NCBI GenBank assembly: GCA_965202985.1
Contig: CBDBCF010000002.1
Span: forward strand, 224,001 to 288,000
Reading direction: 5' to 3'
Origin: Longimicrobiales bacterium
GTDB lineage: Bacteria > Gemmatimonadota > Gemmatimonadetes > Longimicrobiales > Gaopeijiaceae
DNA length: 64,000 bases
The notes beneath the pieces are model-generated. The model did not search any database, was not told where the DNA came from, and saw nothing but the letters and a program-made list of their open reading frames with translations. The translations under genes were made by a program, and so were the position numbers. This document shows, piece by piece, positions 1 to 9,798 of the stretch; position 1 is the first letter of the stretch, and the number at the start of each line of letters is the position of its first letter.

Positions 1-1473
1 AACCTGGGCGTCGCAGCGGGCGACCGAATCGCCTTGGTGCTGCCGGCTTGGCCCGAGTTCGCGGTCACGGTCTTCGCCGCGGCCAAGCTGGGCGCGTCGG
101 TGGTCCCGCTCAACCCGCGGCTCACCGTCCCCGAGCTTCGGTACAAGCTGCGCCATTCGGGCGCCACGTGCGCCGTCTCCGCCGAGGACGCCTACGGCAT
201 CGACTACCTCCAAGTCTTCGAGGACCTGCTGTCCGACCTTCCGGACCTCCACCACTTGGTCACAGTGGGTCGGGAGGACCTGTGGTACGACGACCGCATC
301 TTCCAGTGGGAGGACCTGCTGTCCGCGGGCAAGGGCAGGGAGCTTGGCGCCCGTTCCGGCGACGCCGACTCGCCGTTCGCGCTCTTGTACACGTCGGGCA
401 CCACGGGAAAGCCCAAGGGCGTGAACCTCAGCCAAGCCAACCTGCTCCACGCCGCTTCCGAGACGGCGAACGCCGCGGGCTTGAAATCCGGCGACGTGGT
501 GGTGGGCGCGACCGCCCTCTTCGACGCGTTCGGCCTGGGCCCCGCTCTCCTGGGAACCCTGTTGCAGGGCGCCGGCCTGCTCCTCCAGGACGACTTCGAC
601 CCGCTGGCCACGCTGGACTTGGCCGACCAGCGCCGGGCCACGGTCCACTACGGCGCGCCTTCGCAGTTCGCCATGGAGACGCGCGAGATCGAGGACGGCG
701 TCCGCCGGGCGCCCCCCGCCTTGCGGGTCTGCATGACCGCGGGCGGGCCGGTGACCGACGACCTGGCGCGGCGCGTGGAGGCGTGCTTCGGCGTGCCCCT
801 GCTGGCCGCGTACTCCTTGACCGAAGCCGCGTCCACCGTTGCCGTCGGCACGCTCCGGGACCCCGGCGAGAAACGCCGATTCACCGTCGGGCGACCGGTG
901 GGCGGCACGTCGCTCCGAGTAACCGACGAAGCCGGCGTCTCGCTCCCCTCCGAGAGCGTGGGCGAGATTCGGGTCCGGGGCCCGGGCGTCATGCTGGGCT
1001 ACCATCGGCAGCCCGGCGCGACCGCATCGGCGATCGACCCCGACGGCTACCTGCGCACCGGCGATCTGGGCATGGTGGACGAGGACGGCTACCTGCACTT
1101 GGTGGGCCGGCAGGTGGACGTGATCGCCCGAGGCGGCTTTGACGTGCACCCCCAGGAGGTGGAAGACCGCTTGGCGGCTCATCCGGCGGTGGACCGGGCC
1201 GCGGTGCTGGGCGTGCCCGACGACGAGCTGGGCGAGGCGGTGTGCGCCTGCGTGGTTCGAGTCGAGGGGGGCGTGGTCACCGAGCAGGAGCTCCGGAAGT
1301 GGAGCGCGCTCGACTTGGCCAAGTACAAACTGCCGGATTGGATTACGTTCATGGACGACCTTCCCCTGACCAGCACCGGAAAGGTGCGGCGCCTCGAGCT
1401 GGCTCGTCGCTTGGCAGAAAGCGGGCGGGAGCCCGGGGCGGGGAAGCACGTCGAAACGAAGGAAAACGGATAA
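1..1473 (+). CDS. Class I adenylate-forming enzyme (acyl-CoA synthetase), 5'-truncated by window edge
   Basis: Frame open from base 1. AMP-binding motifs [23 protein letters not shown] and C-terminal STGKV. Confidence 0.9.
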   Translation, partial: NLGVAAGDRIALVLPAWPEFAVTVFAAAKLGASVVPLNPRLTVPELRYKLRHSGATCAVSAEDAYGIDYLQVFEDLLSDLPDLHHLVTVGREDLWYDDRIFQWEDLLSAGKGRELGARSGDADSPFALLYTSGTTGKPKGVNLSQANLLHAASETANAAGLKSGDVVVGATALFDAFGLGPALLGTLLQGAGLLLQDDFDPLATLDLADQRRATVHYGAPSQFAMETREIEDGVRRAPPALRVCMTAGGPVTDDLARRVEACFGVPLLAAYSLTEAASTVAVGTLRDPGEKRRFTVGRPVGGTSLRVTDEAGVSLPSESVGEIRVRGPGVMLGYHRQPGATASAIDPDGYLRTGDLGMVDEDGYLHLVGRQVDVIARGGFDVHPQEVEDRLAAHPAVDRAAVLGVPDDELGEAVCACVVRVEGGVVTEQELRKWSALDLAKYKLPDWITFMDDLPLTSTGKVRRLELARRLAESGREPGAGKHVETKENG

Positions 1474-1475
1474 GG

Positions 1476-3365
1476 ATGCAGAACCACTACTCGACAAAAC
1501 ACGCTGGACGGGCGTCTCCGAGCGTCGCCGAGGCGGCCCCGAACGCCGCGCTGCTCATCGACTTCGACAACGTGACGATGGGCATGCGGAGCGACTTGGC
1601 CAAGGAACTCAAGAACCTCCTGGACTCGGACATCATCAAAGGCAAGGTGACGGTGCAGCGGGCCTACGCCGACTGGCGCCGGTACCCGCAGTACATCGTG
1701 CCCCTGTCGGAAGCGTCGATCGACCTGATCTTCGCCCCCGCATACGGAAGCTCGAAGAAGAACGCCACCGACATCCGCATGGCGATCGACGGGATGGAGC
1801 TCGTCTTCATTCGCCCGGAGATCGGGACGTTCATCCTGCTCACGGGCGACTCGGACTTCTCCAGCCTGGTCCTCAAGCTCAAGGAGTACGGCAAGTACGT
1901 GATCGGGATCGGGCTCCAGGAGTCCAGCTCCGACATCCTGGTCCAGAACTGCGACGAGTACTACTCCTACACGTCGCTGACGGGCCTGAGCCGAACGTCG
2001 GAGGGCGGCGGCCCCGAGAAGCCCGATCCCTGGCAGTGCGTCTCGGATGCGATGGCGCGCATGACCGCCCGGGGCGACGTGATGCGGTCGGACCGGCTGA
2101 AGCAGGTCATGATCGAGATCGCGCCCGACTTCGACGAGAGCAACTTGGGCTACCGCAAGTTCTCCAAGTTCCTGTTCGCAGCCGCCAACAAGGGGCTTCT
2201 CCGGATCGAGCGCGGCGAGAACGGCCAGTACTCGGTCGCGCCGCCGGGCGGAGCGGGCGCGGCGAAGGCGCCGGCGGGCAAGGCGAAGGGCGAGGGCAAA
2301 GCGTCGGCTTCCGGGAAGACGCAGGCCTCGGGGAAGGCGTTGGTTGCGGCAAGAGCACCGGCGGCAGAGAAGGCCCCGGCGGCCGCCCAGCCCGCGGCCA
2401 AGGGTCGCTCGGCGGCGAAGCGTTCGCGAGCGCCCGCCACGGACCAAGCTTCTGCGGGCGCGGCAAGTCCCGCTTCGGGCGACCGAACCGGAACCGGCGA
2501 GGCAGCCGTCAATGGAGAGAGTGGCCGGCCGCCGGCAGCAGACCCCGGGCCCGCGCTGGATCTGCTGCGGCGCGTGCTGCGGGAGTCCGGCGACAAGGGA
2601 CGCCAGGGCGTTCGCGACTCGGAGGTCAAGCGTCGCCTTCTCGCCTTGGACGAGGGCTTTGACGAGAGCGCACTGGGCTTCTCGAAGTTCGGCAAGTTTC
2701 TGCACTTCGCGCGGGACTCGGGGGCCGTTTCGCTGGCGGGACTGGACGGCGGCGGCTACGAGGTGCGGTTGACCGCCGACGGCAGGAGGGGCTCGACCGG
2801 CGCATCGTCAAAGGACGGCGGAAGGCCGCGCGATCGTCGACGCCGGTCCGGCGAGTCGAAGAGCACAGCCGCCAAGTCCGGCGTCGACGCCAAGGCTATG
2901 GGGCTCCCGACCACGACGGAGGCCGCGACGAGCTACTTGGCGCACAGCTACCGGGGTGTGGGCGTGAAGACGGCCAAGACCTTGGTGGAGACCTTCGGCG
3001 ACGACTTGTTCGGCGTGCTGCAGGATGCTCCGGACAAGGTTCGCGCTCTGTTGCCGCGGGGCAGGGCGGAACGGGTGCTGTCGGCTTGGAGGGAGGACTA
3101 CGGGCGTCGGAAGGCTGCGATGCCGGCCCAACCCGCCGTCAGGGGCGGAGGGCCGCCGCCTCGGGCCCAGCCGAAGACGGACGCGCCGACTCCGCCTCGC
3201 CGGGAGCCGGCCAACGCGGTTCAGAAGCCGGCCGACGCAATCCGGGAGCGGGCTGGCGCAGGCGCGGCTGCCGGCGCCGGTTCGAGGACGCCCGCGGAGA
3301 AGAAGTCCTCGCCGGGGCTCATGGGGCTCTTTCGGCGGCGCGGCAGGGGGGATGGTGGCGGCTGA
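1476..3365 (+). CDS. NYN (LabA/DUF88, PIN-fold) protein with OST-HTH/LOTUS-like repeats and a C-terminal HhH-like segment
   Basis: LIDFDN, RAYADW, KNATDI and LTGDSDF motifs; two F(D)ES.LG(Y/F).KF..FL repeats. ATG at 1476 follows the upstream stop. Confidence 0.85.
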   Translation: MQNHYSTKHAGRASPSVAEAAPNAALLIDFDNVTMGMRSDLAKELKNLLDSDIIKGKVTVQRAYADWRRYPQYIVPLSEASIDLIFAPAYGSSKKNATDIRMAIDGMELVFIRPEIGTFILLTGDSDFSSLVLKLKEYGKYVIGIGLQESSSDILVQNCDEYYSYTSLTGLSRTSEGGGPEKPDPWQCVSDAMARMTARGDVMRSDRLKQVMIEIAPDFDESNLGYRKFSKFLFAAANKGLLRIERGENGQYSVAPPGGAGAAKAPAGKAKGEGKASASGKTQASGKALVAARAPAAEKAPAAAQPAAKGRSAAKRSRAPATDQASAGAASPASGDRTGTGEAAVNGESGRPPAADPGPALDLLRRVLRESGDKGRQGVRDSEVKRRLLALDEGFDESALGFSKFGKFLHFARDSGAVSLAGLDGGGYEVRLTADGRRGSTGASSKDGGRPRDRRRRSGESKSTAAKSGVDAKAMGLPTTTEAATSYLAHSYRGVGVKTAKTLVETFGDDLFGVLQDAPDKVRALLPRGRAERVLSAWREDYGRRKAAMPAQPAVRGGGPPPRAQPKTDAPTPPRREPANAVQKPADAIRERAGAGAAAGAGSRTPAEKKSSPGLMGLFRRRGRGDGGG

Positions 3366-3948
3366 ACCCGGTCTGCCCGAGGGTCTTCTGGGCGAGGACT
3401 GCGCGCAGGCGGCCCGCAATCTGCTTGGAAGCGTCCTTGTCTCCACGGTGGACGACGCGGAGACCAGCGGCGTCATCGTCGAGACGGAGGCGTACTTGGG
3501 GCCGCGCGACCCCGCCAGTCACGCCCGCACCGCCACGGGCAGAACCAGCCGCAACGAGGCCATGTTCGGAGACCGGGGCACTCTGTACGTCTACTTGTCC
3601 CACGGCATCCACCACTGCGCCAACATCGTGACCGGCGAGCGGAACGACCCGGCCGCCGTGCTGGTTCGGGCGCTGGATCCCTGCAGCGGGATGGGGCGCA
3701 TGGCGCGGCGACGGGGCCGCGACGCCGACCTCTGCAACGGTCCGGGCCGCTTGGCGCAAGCGTTGGGGATCACGCTTCGCCACAACGGGCACCCCCTGTC
3801 GCGGCCCCCGGTGCGCCTGGCCGCCGGCCGCGCCTTCGAGGACGACGAGGTCGGCGTCTCCGGCCGGGTCGGCGTATCGCGCGCGGCCGACTGGCCCTTG
3901 CGCTTCTTCGTCAAGGGACACCCCGCGGTGAAGGCGCCCCGGTGGTAG
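3352..3948 (+). CDS. DNA-3-methyladenine glycosylase (MPG/AAG family)
   Basis: IVETEAYLG, DPASH, YVYLSHGIHHCANIV, AVLVRA and NGPGRL motifs. Confidence 0.92.
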   Translation: MVAAEPGLPEGLLGEDCAQAARNLLGSVLVSTVDDAETSGVIVETEAYLGPRDPASHARTATGRTSRNEAMFGDRGTLYVYLSHGIHHCANIVTGERNDPAAVLVRALDPCSGMGRMARRRGRDADLCNGPGRLAQALGITLRHNGHPLSRPPVRLAAGRAFEDDEVGVSGRVGVSRAADWPLRFFVKGHPAVKAPRW

Positions 3949-3982
3949 CAGCGTCTCGACCTGCCGGCTCCTGGGCACGGCG

Positions 3983-5401
3983 ATGATCGAGCCCACCTGG
4001 ATTTCCGTCCTCCCGCCGCTGCTGGCGATCGGGCTGGCGATCGCCACCCGCCAAGTCTACCTGTCGCTGGCGGGCGGCATCTGGCTGGGCTGGTCGATCC
4101 TCCACGGCTGGAACTTCGCCTCGGGGCTTGCCGAGGCCGTCGAGTCCGCCGTTCGCGTCTTGGCTTCGCCGGGCGACGCCAAGGTCGTCGTCTTCACCCT
4201 GGTCATGGGCGCGCTCATCGCCACGCTGAGCGGTTCCGGCGGCGTCGCCGGCTTCGTGGCGTGGCTGGAACGCAATCGGTGGGTCCACAACGGACGGCGC
4301 GCTCAGCTTCTGGCCTGGTTCACCGGCGTCGTGATCTTCATCGAGTCGAACATCACGGTCCTGGTTGCCGGTTCGGTCGCCCGGCCCCTCTTCGACCGCT
4401 ACCGGGCGTCCCGCGAGAAGCTGGCGTACATCATCGACTCGACCAGCGCCCCCATCTGCATCCTGATCCCCTTGAACGCTTGGGGCGCCTACAACATGCG
4501 TCTGCTGGGCGACGAAGGCGTGGCGAACCCGGTTGGCCTGCTCGTCCAGTCGATCCTCTTCAACTTCTACGCCCTCGCCGCCGTGGCCCTGGCCCTTGCC
4601 GCGATCCTCTTCAAGCTGGACTGGGGACCCATGAAGTCGGCCGAGTCCCGCGCGGCCCGGGGAGAGGTGCTGCGCCCCGGCGCCGTCCCCATGATGGACG
4701 AAAGCGTGCTGGGCGGACCGGAGCCCGGCCCCGTGCAGGCGCCGCCTCGGGCGGTCAACATGATCGTCCCCATCGCCGTCCTGGTGGCGCTCATGCCGCT
4801 GGGCCTCTGGATCACGGGCGACGGCGACGTCCTGAGCGGCGACGGCTCCACTTCCGTGCTCTGGGCGTCCCTGGGCGCCTTGGCCACGGCTTGGGTCCTC
4901 CTGCTCGCCCAGCGCGTCTCGTCGGTGGACCAGCTGACGAGGACGGCCCTGAAGGGCGCCGGCGGCTTGGTTCCTCTGGCCTTGATCCTGGTCTTGGCCC
5001 TGGCCTTGAAGGAAGTGGCGAGCGAGCTGGGGACGGGCGCCTACGTGGCCGGCGTGGCCCGGGACGCCCTGCCGCCGGCCGTCTTCCTGCCGCTGGTCTT
5101 TCTGGTGTCGTCGGCGATCGCGTTCTCGATCGGGTCCAGCTGGGGCACCTTCGCCATCATGATCCCCATCGCGGTGCCGGCCGCAGCCTTCATGGACCTG
5201 GCGCCGGCGCCGTTCCTGGCCGCAGCGCTGTCCGGCGGCATCTTCGGCGACCACTGTTCTCCGGTCAGCGACACCACGATCGTGTCTTCCATGGCCGCGG
5301 CCACCGACCACGTGGACCATGTGCGAACCCAGCTTCCGTACGCCCTGGCGGCGGGCGTGGCGGCCGCGGCGTGCTTCGTCGCGACAGGAGCCTTCCTCTA
5401 G
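3983..5401 (+). CDS. Na+/H+ antiporter NhaC family protein
   Basis: Polytopic hydrophobic protein with REKLAYIIDSTSAP, GSSWGT, GDHCSPVSDTT and HVRTQLPYA. Confidence 0.88.
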   Translation: MIEPTWISVLPPLLAIGLAIATRQVYLSLAGGIWLGWSILHGWNFASGLAEAVESAVRVLASPGDAKVVVFTLVMGALIATLSGSGGVAGFVAWLERNRWVHNGRRAQLLAWFTGVVIFIESNITVLVAGSVARPLFDRYRASREKLAYIIDSTSAPICILIPLNAWGAYNMRLLGDEGVANPVGLLVQSILFNFYALAAVALALAAILFKLDWGPMKSAESRAARGEVLRPGAVPMMDESVLGGPEPGPVQAPPRAVNMIVPIAVLVALMPLGLWITGDGDVLSGDGSTSVLWASLGALATAWVLLLAQRVSSVDQLTRTALKGAGGLVPLALILVLALALKEVASELGTGAYVAGVARDALPPAVFLPLVFLVSSAIAFSIGSSWGTFAIMIPIAVPAAAFMDLAPAPFLAAALSGGIFGDHCSPVSDTTIVSSMAAATDHVDHVRTQLPYALAAGVAAAACFVATGAFL

Positions 5402-6172
5402 ATGAACGTCTTGGTCTGCGCGAAGCGGGTGCCCGACACCGAGACCCGCGTTCGCATCGCCGAGGGCGGCACGGAGATCGACCGCAGCGGCGTGAAGCAC
5501 GTCCTGAGCCCCTACGACGAGTTTGCCCTGGAGGCGGCGCTGCAGGTCGTGGAAGGCGCGGACGAAGGCAAGGTGACGGTGCTGACCTTCGGAGGCGAGG
5601 ACGCGAAGGAGACTCTGCGTTCGGCGCTCGCCCTGGGGGCGGACGAGGCCGTGCTCCTGCAGGGCGAACCGACGATGGACGGGTGGGCCACGGCCCAGGT
5701 CCTGGCGGCCGGCATCGGGGAGTGGGAGGCCGGGGCCGACGGCCGGCGGGCCGAACTGGTGCTCTTCGGGGTCAAGGCCGTGGACGACGACCAGCAGCAG
5801 GTCGGTCCCATGGTGGCCGAGCTTCTGGGCCGCCCCTGCGCCACGGCGGTGGCCGAGATGGAGCTGGGCGACGGCGTGGCGATGTGCAAGCGCACCGTGG
5901 AGGGAGGCCGCGAGCGGGTCGAGATGGACTTGCCGGCGGTGGCCACGATCACCAAGGGGCGCTACGAGCCGCGCTACGCCTCCCTCCGGGGCATCATGGC
6001 CGCCAAGCGCAAGCCGCTGGTCGAGATCGACGCGGGGGCGGTCGACGCCGGCTTGGTGGTGGAGCGGCTTGAGCTTCCGCCGGCCCGGCCCGAGGGGCGG
6101 ATCGTGGGAGAGGGGCCGCCGGCGGCCGCCGAGCTGGTTCGCCTTTTGCGGGAAGAGGCGAAGGTCCTGTGA
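5402..6172 (+). CDS. etfB: Electron transfer flavoprotein beta subunit
   Basis: CAKRVPD, PYDEFALEAAL and PRYASLRGIMAAKRK. Confidence 0.95.
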   Translation: MNVLVCAKRVPDTETRVRIAEGGTEIDRSGVKHVLSPYDEFALEAALQVVEGADEGKVTVLTFGGEDAKETLRSALALGADEAVLLQGEPTMDGWATAQVLAAGIGEWEAGADGRRAELVLFGVKAVDDDQQQVGPMVAELLGRPCATAVAEMELGDGVAMCKRTVEGGRERVEMDLPAVATITKGRYEPRYASLRGIMAAKRKPLVEIDAGAVDAGLVVERLELPPARPEGRIVGEGPPAAAELVRLLREEAKVL

Positions 6173-7167
6173 CGAACAACGTTCTTGCCGTGGCCGAGCT
6201 GAAGGCGGGACGGGTCGCCGGCGTCTCCAAGGAGGTGGCGACCGCGGCGCGAACGCTGGCGGACGGCTTGGGGGGGTCGGCCACCGCCGTGGCGACGGGC
6301 ACGCCGGGGACGGCCGCCGAGGCCGGCGTCGAGGTGCTCGCCGCACACGGGACGGAGCGCGTCCTGGTACTCGAATCCGAAGCGCTGGCTCCCGGTTGCG
6401 CCGGCGTCCACGCGGCCGCCTTGGCCGACCTCGTGGCCGACGAGGGGTACGGGGCCGTGGTGTTTCCGGCCACCGGGACGGGCAAGGACTTGGCGCCGCG
6501 GGTCGCTGCCAAGCTGAAGAGGCCGCTTCTGACGGACGCCACCGCCCTCGAAGCGGTTGACGGCGAGATCGTCGCGACCCGCCCCGTGTACGCCGGCAAG
6601 GCCTTGGCCAAGGTCCGCCCCGTGGGAGCACCGGCGCTCGTCTCGATCCGCCCCAACGTGTTCGCGCCCGGCTCCTTTGGGGGGACCGCGTCCGTCGAGG
6701 TCGTGGCCGTCGAGCGGGCCGTGGGCGCCGACGGCGGCTACCGGGTGCAAGGCTTCGAAGCGGCCGAGGGAGTCGCCCTCGACGTCTCCGAGGCGGCGAT
6801 CGTGGTGTCTGGAGGGCGGGGCATGAAGGGACCCGAGAACTGGGGCCTTCTGGAAGACCTGCGCGACGCCCTGGGCGACACGGCGGCCTTGGGAGCCTCG
6901 CGCGCAGTGGTCGATGCCGGCTGGCGGCCTCACGCGGAGCAGGTCGGCCAGACGGGCAAGACCGTCACGCCCAAGCTGTACTTCGCCTTGGGGATCTCCG
7001 GCGCGATCCAGCACTTGGCCGGAATGCGCACGGCGGGCGTCGTGGTGGCGGTGAACCGGGACCCGGACGCCCCCATCTTCGGCGTTGCCGACTACGGCAT
7101 CGTGGGCGACGTGTTCGAAGTGGTCCCGGCGCTGATCGACGCCGTTCGGAGTCTGCGAGAGGAGTAG
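6169..7167 (+). CDS. etfA: Electron transfer flavoprotein alpha subunit
   Basis: VSGGRG, GASRAVVDAGW, QVGQTGK and GISGAIQHLAGM; GTGA overlap with etfB. Confidence 0.95.
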   Translation: MTNNVLAVAELKAGRVAGVSKEVATAARTLADGLGGSATAVATGTPGTAAEAGVEVLAAHGTERVLVLESEALAPGCAGVHAAALADLVADEGYGAVVFPATGTGKDLAPRVAAKLKRPLLTDATALEAVDGEIVATRPVYAGKALAKVRPVGAPALVSIRPNVFAPGSFGGTASVEVVAVERAVGADGGYRVQGFEAAEGVALDVSEAAIVVSGGRGMKGPENWGLLEDLRDALGDTAALGASRAVVDAGWRPHAEQVGQTGKTVTPKLYFALGISGAIQHLAGMRTAGVVVAVNRDPDAPIFGVADYGIVGDVFEVVPALIDAVRSLREE

Positions 7168-7195
7168 CGCCGACGGTCCGCGACCGCCGAGTCGC

Positions 7196-7651
7196 TTATC
7201 CCTTCGGCGGGCCGCCCAGCAGCTGCACCGGATCCACCTCCCGTCCCCATCGCCACACCTCCAAGTGCAGATGAGGCCCGGTCACGTTCCCGGACTGGCC
7301 GGTAAGCCCGATCACGGTGGCCTTGGTCACATCTTGGCCGGGTTGCACGGCCGTCTCCGACAGGTGGGCGTATACCGAGAGCATCTCGGGGCCGTGGTCG
7401 ATCCAGACCACTAGGCCATAGCCGCTCATCTCGCCGGCGAATCGAACGCGGCCGTCCAGCAGCGGACGCACGGGGGTGCCGACCGCCGTCGCGATGTCCA
7501 CGCCGCGGTGCATGCCGGGCCACGTGCCCTCCATGCGGACGCCGAACGGAGAGCTCAACGGGCCGTTCACGGGCCACTGGGGCGTGCGGCAGCCGGCCGC
7601 AATCGCGAGCCCGGCAAGGACGACCGCCGACCGGGCGGCGAACCGTCTCAT
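7196..7651 (-). CDS. M23 family metallopeptidase, probable lipoprotein
   Basis: HRGVD, YAHL and TGPHLHLEV motifs; IAAGC lipobox-like sequence; ATG overlaps the moeA stop. Confidence 0.9.
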   Translation of the reverse strand: MRRFAARSAVVLAGLAIAAGCRTPQWPVNGPLSSPFGVRMEGTWPGMHRGVDIATAVGTPVRPLLDGRVRFAGEMSGYGLVVWIDHGPEMLSVYAHLSETAVQPGQDVTKATVIGLTGQSGNVTGPHLHLEVWRWGREVDPVQLLGGPPKG

Positions 7652-8922
7652 CGGCCGGGGAGGGAAAGCACGGACACGAACTGGTCGCGGGCGATGCCCC
7701 GAGCACCCTCGGGCACCACTGCGAGTCCCCCGGCGTCTCGGAGGGGCAGGACCAGGCCGCTTCCCTGGGGTCCGGTCAGCGAGCAGCGCAAGCCGGACGC
7801 CGCGCCCGGACCCGACTCCAGCTGGACCCGATAGAACTGCGTCAGTCCGGCCGGCGACGGCAGGGGGTTGGTGGTTCGCGCGAGGACGGTCGCGCCCTCG
7901 GGGCGGGGCGAACCCAGGCAAGCGCGAAGGTAAGGCGCCACGAAGACGTGAAAGGTCACGAACGCCGATGTGGGGTTGCCGGGAAGTCCGAATACGGGGA
8001 GACCCGAATCTCCGTGCCGTCGCGGGACATGTCCGAACGAGACGGGGCTGCCGGGCCGGACGCGCGCTCGCCAGAAGGCCAGTCGAAACCCCTTGGTCAG
8101 AAGCACCTTCTTGAGCAGGTCGCGTTCGCCCATGGACGCGCCCCCGGTGGTCACCAACAGGTCGACTCCCTCGTCGATCGCCCGGGTCAACTTCCCGGCC
8201 AGGGCGCCCTCGTTGTCGTTGGCCACGCCCAAGTCCACGGGCACGCCGCCGGCCTCCACGACTCCTGCTGCGATCATCCCCCGGTTGGTGTCGGGCACGG
8301 CGCGTCCCTCGGCCACCAAGTCGAAGCTCTCCGGCCCCGCCAGCTCGTCGCCGCTGGAGAGCACCCCCACGCTCGGCCGGCGATGGACCCACACGTGCTT
8401 GCGGCCGCTGGCCAGCAGCACCGGCAGCGAACCCGAGTGAACGACCGTCCCCGCCGGCACGATCTCGTCCCCGGCGGTCATGTCCTCGCCCGCAGGACGC
8501 ACGTGGCGCCCAAGGTCGTCCGTCTTGCGGATCAAGACGAAGCCCGGCTCGGCCTTGCCCCCGTCGGTGTGCTCCACGCGAATCACCGAGTCGAACCCGG
8601 AAGGGATCGGGCCTCCTGTCATGACCCTGACCGCCGACGCCGGGGGCATGTCTTCGAGGGGCGCGCTTCCCGGCAGGGACAGGCCGGCCACGGGCATCCG
8701 CAGCGGCTCGCCCTCGTCGGCTCCGTCCAAGTCGCCGCTCCGCACGGCAAAGCCGTCCATGGCGCTGTTGGGCCAAGCCGGCAACGTGGCAGCCGCGCGC
8801 ACCGAAACCGCCACCGACCGCCCAAGCGAGTCGCCCGGGGCCACGGTCTCGGCCGGCAAGGGAACCGTGGCGGACAGGACCCGGCTCAGGGCTTCCCGGT
8901 AGGACAGCCAGTCGGCCTTCAC
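7648..8922 (-). CDS. moeA: Molybdopterin molybdotransferase MoeA
   Basis: NSAMDGFAV, VMTGGPIP, SSGDEL, TTGGASMGERD and GLPGNP. Start taken at GTG 8922. Confidence 0.93.
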   Translation of the reverse strand: MKADWLSYREALSRVLSATVPLPAETVAPGDSLGRSVAVSVRAAATLPAWPNSAMDGFAVRSGDLDGADEGEPLRMPVAGLSLPGSAPLEDMPPASAVRVMTGGPIPSGFDSVIRVEHTDGGKAEPGFVLIRKTDDLGRHVRPAGEDMTAGDEIVPAGTVVHSGSLPVLLASGRKHVWVHRRPSVGVLSSGDELAGPESFDLVAEGRAVPDTNRGMIAAGVVEAGGVPVDLGVANDNEGALAGKLTRAIDEGVDLLVTTGGASMGERDLLKKVLLTKGFRLAFWRARVRPGSPVSFGHVPRRHGDSGLPVFGLPGNPTSAFVTFHVFVAPYLRACLGSPRPEGATVLARTTNPLPSPAGLTQFYRVQLESGPGAASGLRCSLTGPQGSGLVLPLRDAGGLAVVPEGARGIARDQFVSVLSLPGR

Positions 8923-8938
8923 GCCCGCCGTCCCGGAC

Positions 8939-9679
8939 TCAGAAACGCCAAGCGGCGCCAAGGGCGAACCCGAAGCCCCGCACCCACTCCCGTTGAACCG
9001 CGTCCTCCAGCTCCTTGCCGGGTTGGCCGAAGCCAGTGGGCGTCTGGAGACGCCAGAGCACGATGTTCGCGTCCAGCCGAACCATGATGCGGTCCGAGGG
9101 CGCCAACCGCACGCCGCCGCCGCCGGAGCCCGTGAAGGCGGTGCCGAAGTCGAACCGATCCTCTTCCAGCAGGACGTTCTCGGCCTCCCCCAGGCCGGCA
9201 ACGTCCAGTGCCGCGCCGGCGCCCGCGAAGATGTAGGGACTGACGCCGCGCCACGTCCTTCGGCCCGTCACGCTGAACGCCAGGCGAGCGTCGGCCATGA
9301 TCAAGTTGGCGTCGGTCTCGCCGATGGTGCGGTCGCCCTCCGCCCGCCGGGGGTCGACCACGTCCCGGGTGGTGGGCACGTAGAACAGCAGTCCTTCTAT
9401 CGACAGCGGGCCGCTCAGCTCCAGGGCGTATCGCCCCCCCGCGAAGACCGACGACTTCGGCCCCAGATCCAGGCTGCCCGAGGCCAACTCCAAGTAGCCG
9501 GACACCAAGCCGGCTTCCTGACCGTGCTCCAAGTACCGGTAGGAGGAGGGGATCGCTTGGCCGGAGGCCTCGGGCGGATCCGCAATCGACGGCGCGAACG
9601 CCGGCAGGAGTGCCGCCAAGCCGGTCGCGAGGGTGCGAATCGCCCCTCCGCGAGAACGATTGTTGGGTGGAAGGGCCAT
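8939..9679 (-). CDS. Outer-membrane beta-barrel protein
   Basis: Signal-like N-terminus, amphipathic strands (SPYIFAGAGA) and terminal WRF. Confidence 0.7.
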   Translation of the reverse strand: MALPPNNRSRGGAIRTLATGLAALLPAFAPSIADPPEASGQAIPSSYRYLEHGQEAGLVSGYLELASGSLDLGPKSSVFAGGRYALELSGPLSIEGLLFYVPTTRDVVDPRRAEGDRTIGETDANLIMADARLAFSVTGRRTWRGVSPYIFAGAGAALDVAGLGEAENVLLEEDRFDFGTAFTGSGGGGVRLAPSDRIMVRLDANIVLWRLQTPTGFGQPGKELEDAVQREWVRGFGFALGAAWRF

Positions 9680-9798
9680 TCTGCCGCGATAGTGAGCCGG
9701 GTTGCTCCAGTCCAGGTTGAATGTAATCTGATTCCGGCAACGGTATCTTTCGGCGAGGGGCGCGCAGGCGCCCCATTTCCCAAGACGAGGCGAGGGAC

